The notes under the pieces: model-generated
What the model was told of the DNA's origin: nothing
What the model saw: the letters and a program-made list of their open reading frames with translations, nothing else
Databases searched by the model: none
Part shown: piece after piece, positions 63,934-64,000 of the stretch
How the letters are laid out: every line of letters starts with the position of its first letter
Position numbering within the stretch: position 1 is the first letter of the stretch
Position numbers and translations under genes: made by a program
NCBI GenBank assembly: GCA_965223905.1
Contig: CBDCXV010000002.1
Span: forward strand, 320,001 to 384,000
DNA: 64,000 nt
Source: Candidatus Latescibacterota bacterium
GTDB lineage: Bacteria; Latescibacterota; UBA2968; UBA8231
Direction of reading: 5' to 3'

Positions 63934-64000
63934 TCAAACCGGGGCGCGCAGCATGCTCCGCTGCTCTTCCGTCATGTCCTGGATGTAGTCGGGGTACGAC
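63934..64000 (-). CDS. C-terminus of a probable third PhyH paralog, truncated by window edge
   Basis: SYPDYIQDMTEEQRSMLRAPV* resembles the tail PDFALDMSDEQRALFRP of the adjacent PhyH. Confidence 0.6.
   Translation of the reverse strand, partial: SYPDYIQDMTEEQRSMLRAPV

Overview
A 64 kb high-GC chromosomal segment from a diderm bacterium. Gene content (multiple PhyH dioxygenases and enolase-superfamily enzymes, NHL/Kelch/TPR proteins, a PorV-like barrel, C-terminal WG.xK motifs) suggests an FCB-group lineage such as Latescibacterota, Gemmatimonadota or Poribacteria; this is inference. The left half is mostly housekeeping: cdaA, argR-argB-argD-argH with tandem ARG boxes, ligA, cyoE, mobA-larB, parAB, ppdK, a TonB-dependent receptor, ilvBN, an acyl-CoA ligase, galU and larA. 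The right end holds catabolic enzymes. The most interesting part is a co-directional, visibly AT-richer envelope cluster at 36146-48611. It encodes a CsgG/FlgT-like lipoprotein, two exported proteins sharing a C-terminal (T/S)WGx(V/I)K motif, a TolB-like remnant, further lipoproteins, a PorV/PorQ-type barrel, a 1081-aa TPR protein, an ExbB/ExbD motor, and a DUF4159 protein with a TonB/TolA-type SxxxH helix. It is a candidate proton-motor-driven, T9SS-related export or envelope system. Several genes carry 1-2 nt frameshifts typical of long-read consensus errors. I saw no rRNA, tRNA, CRISPR array or intact mobile element. All family assignments come from motif recognition by eye; no searches were run.
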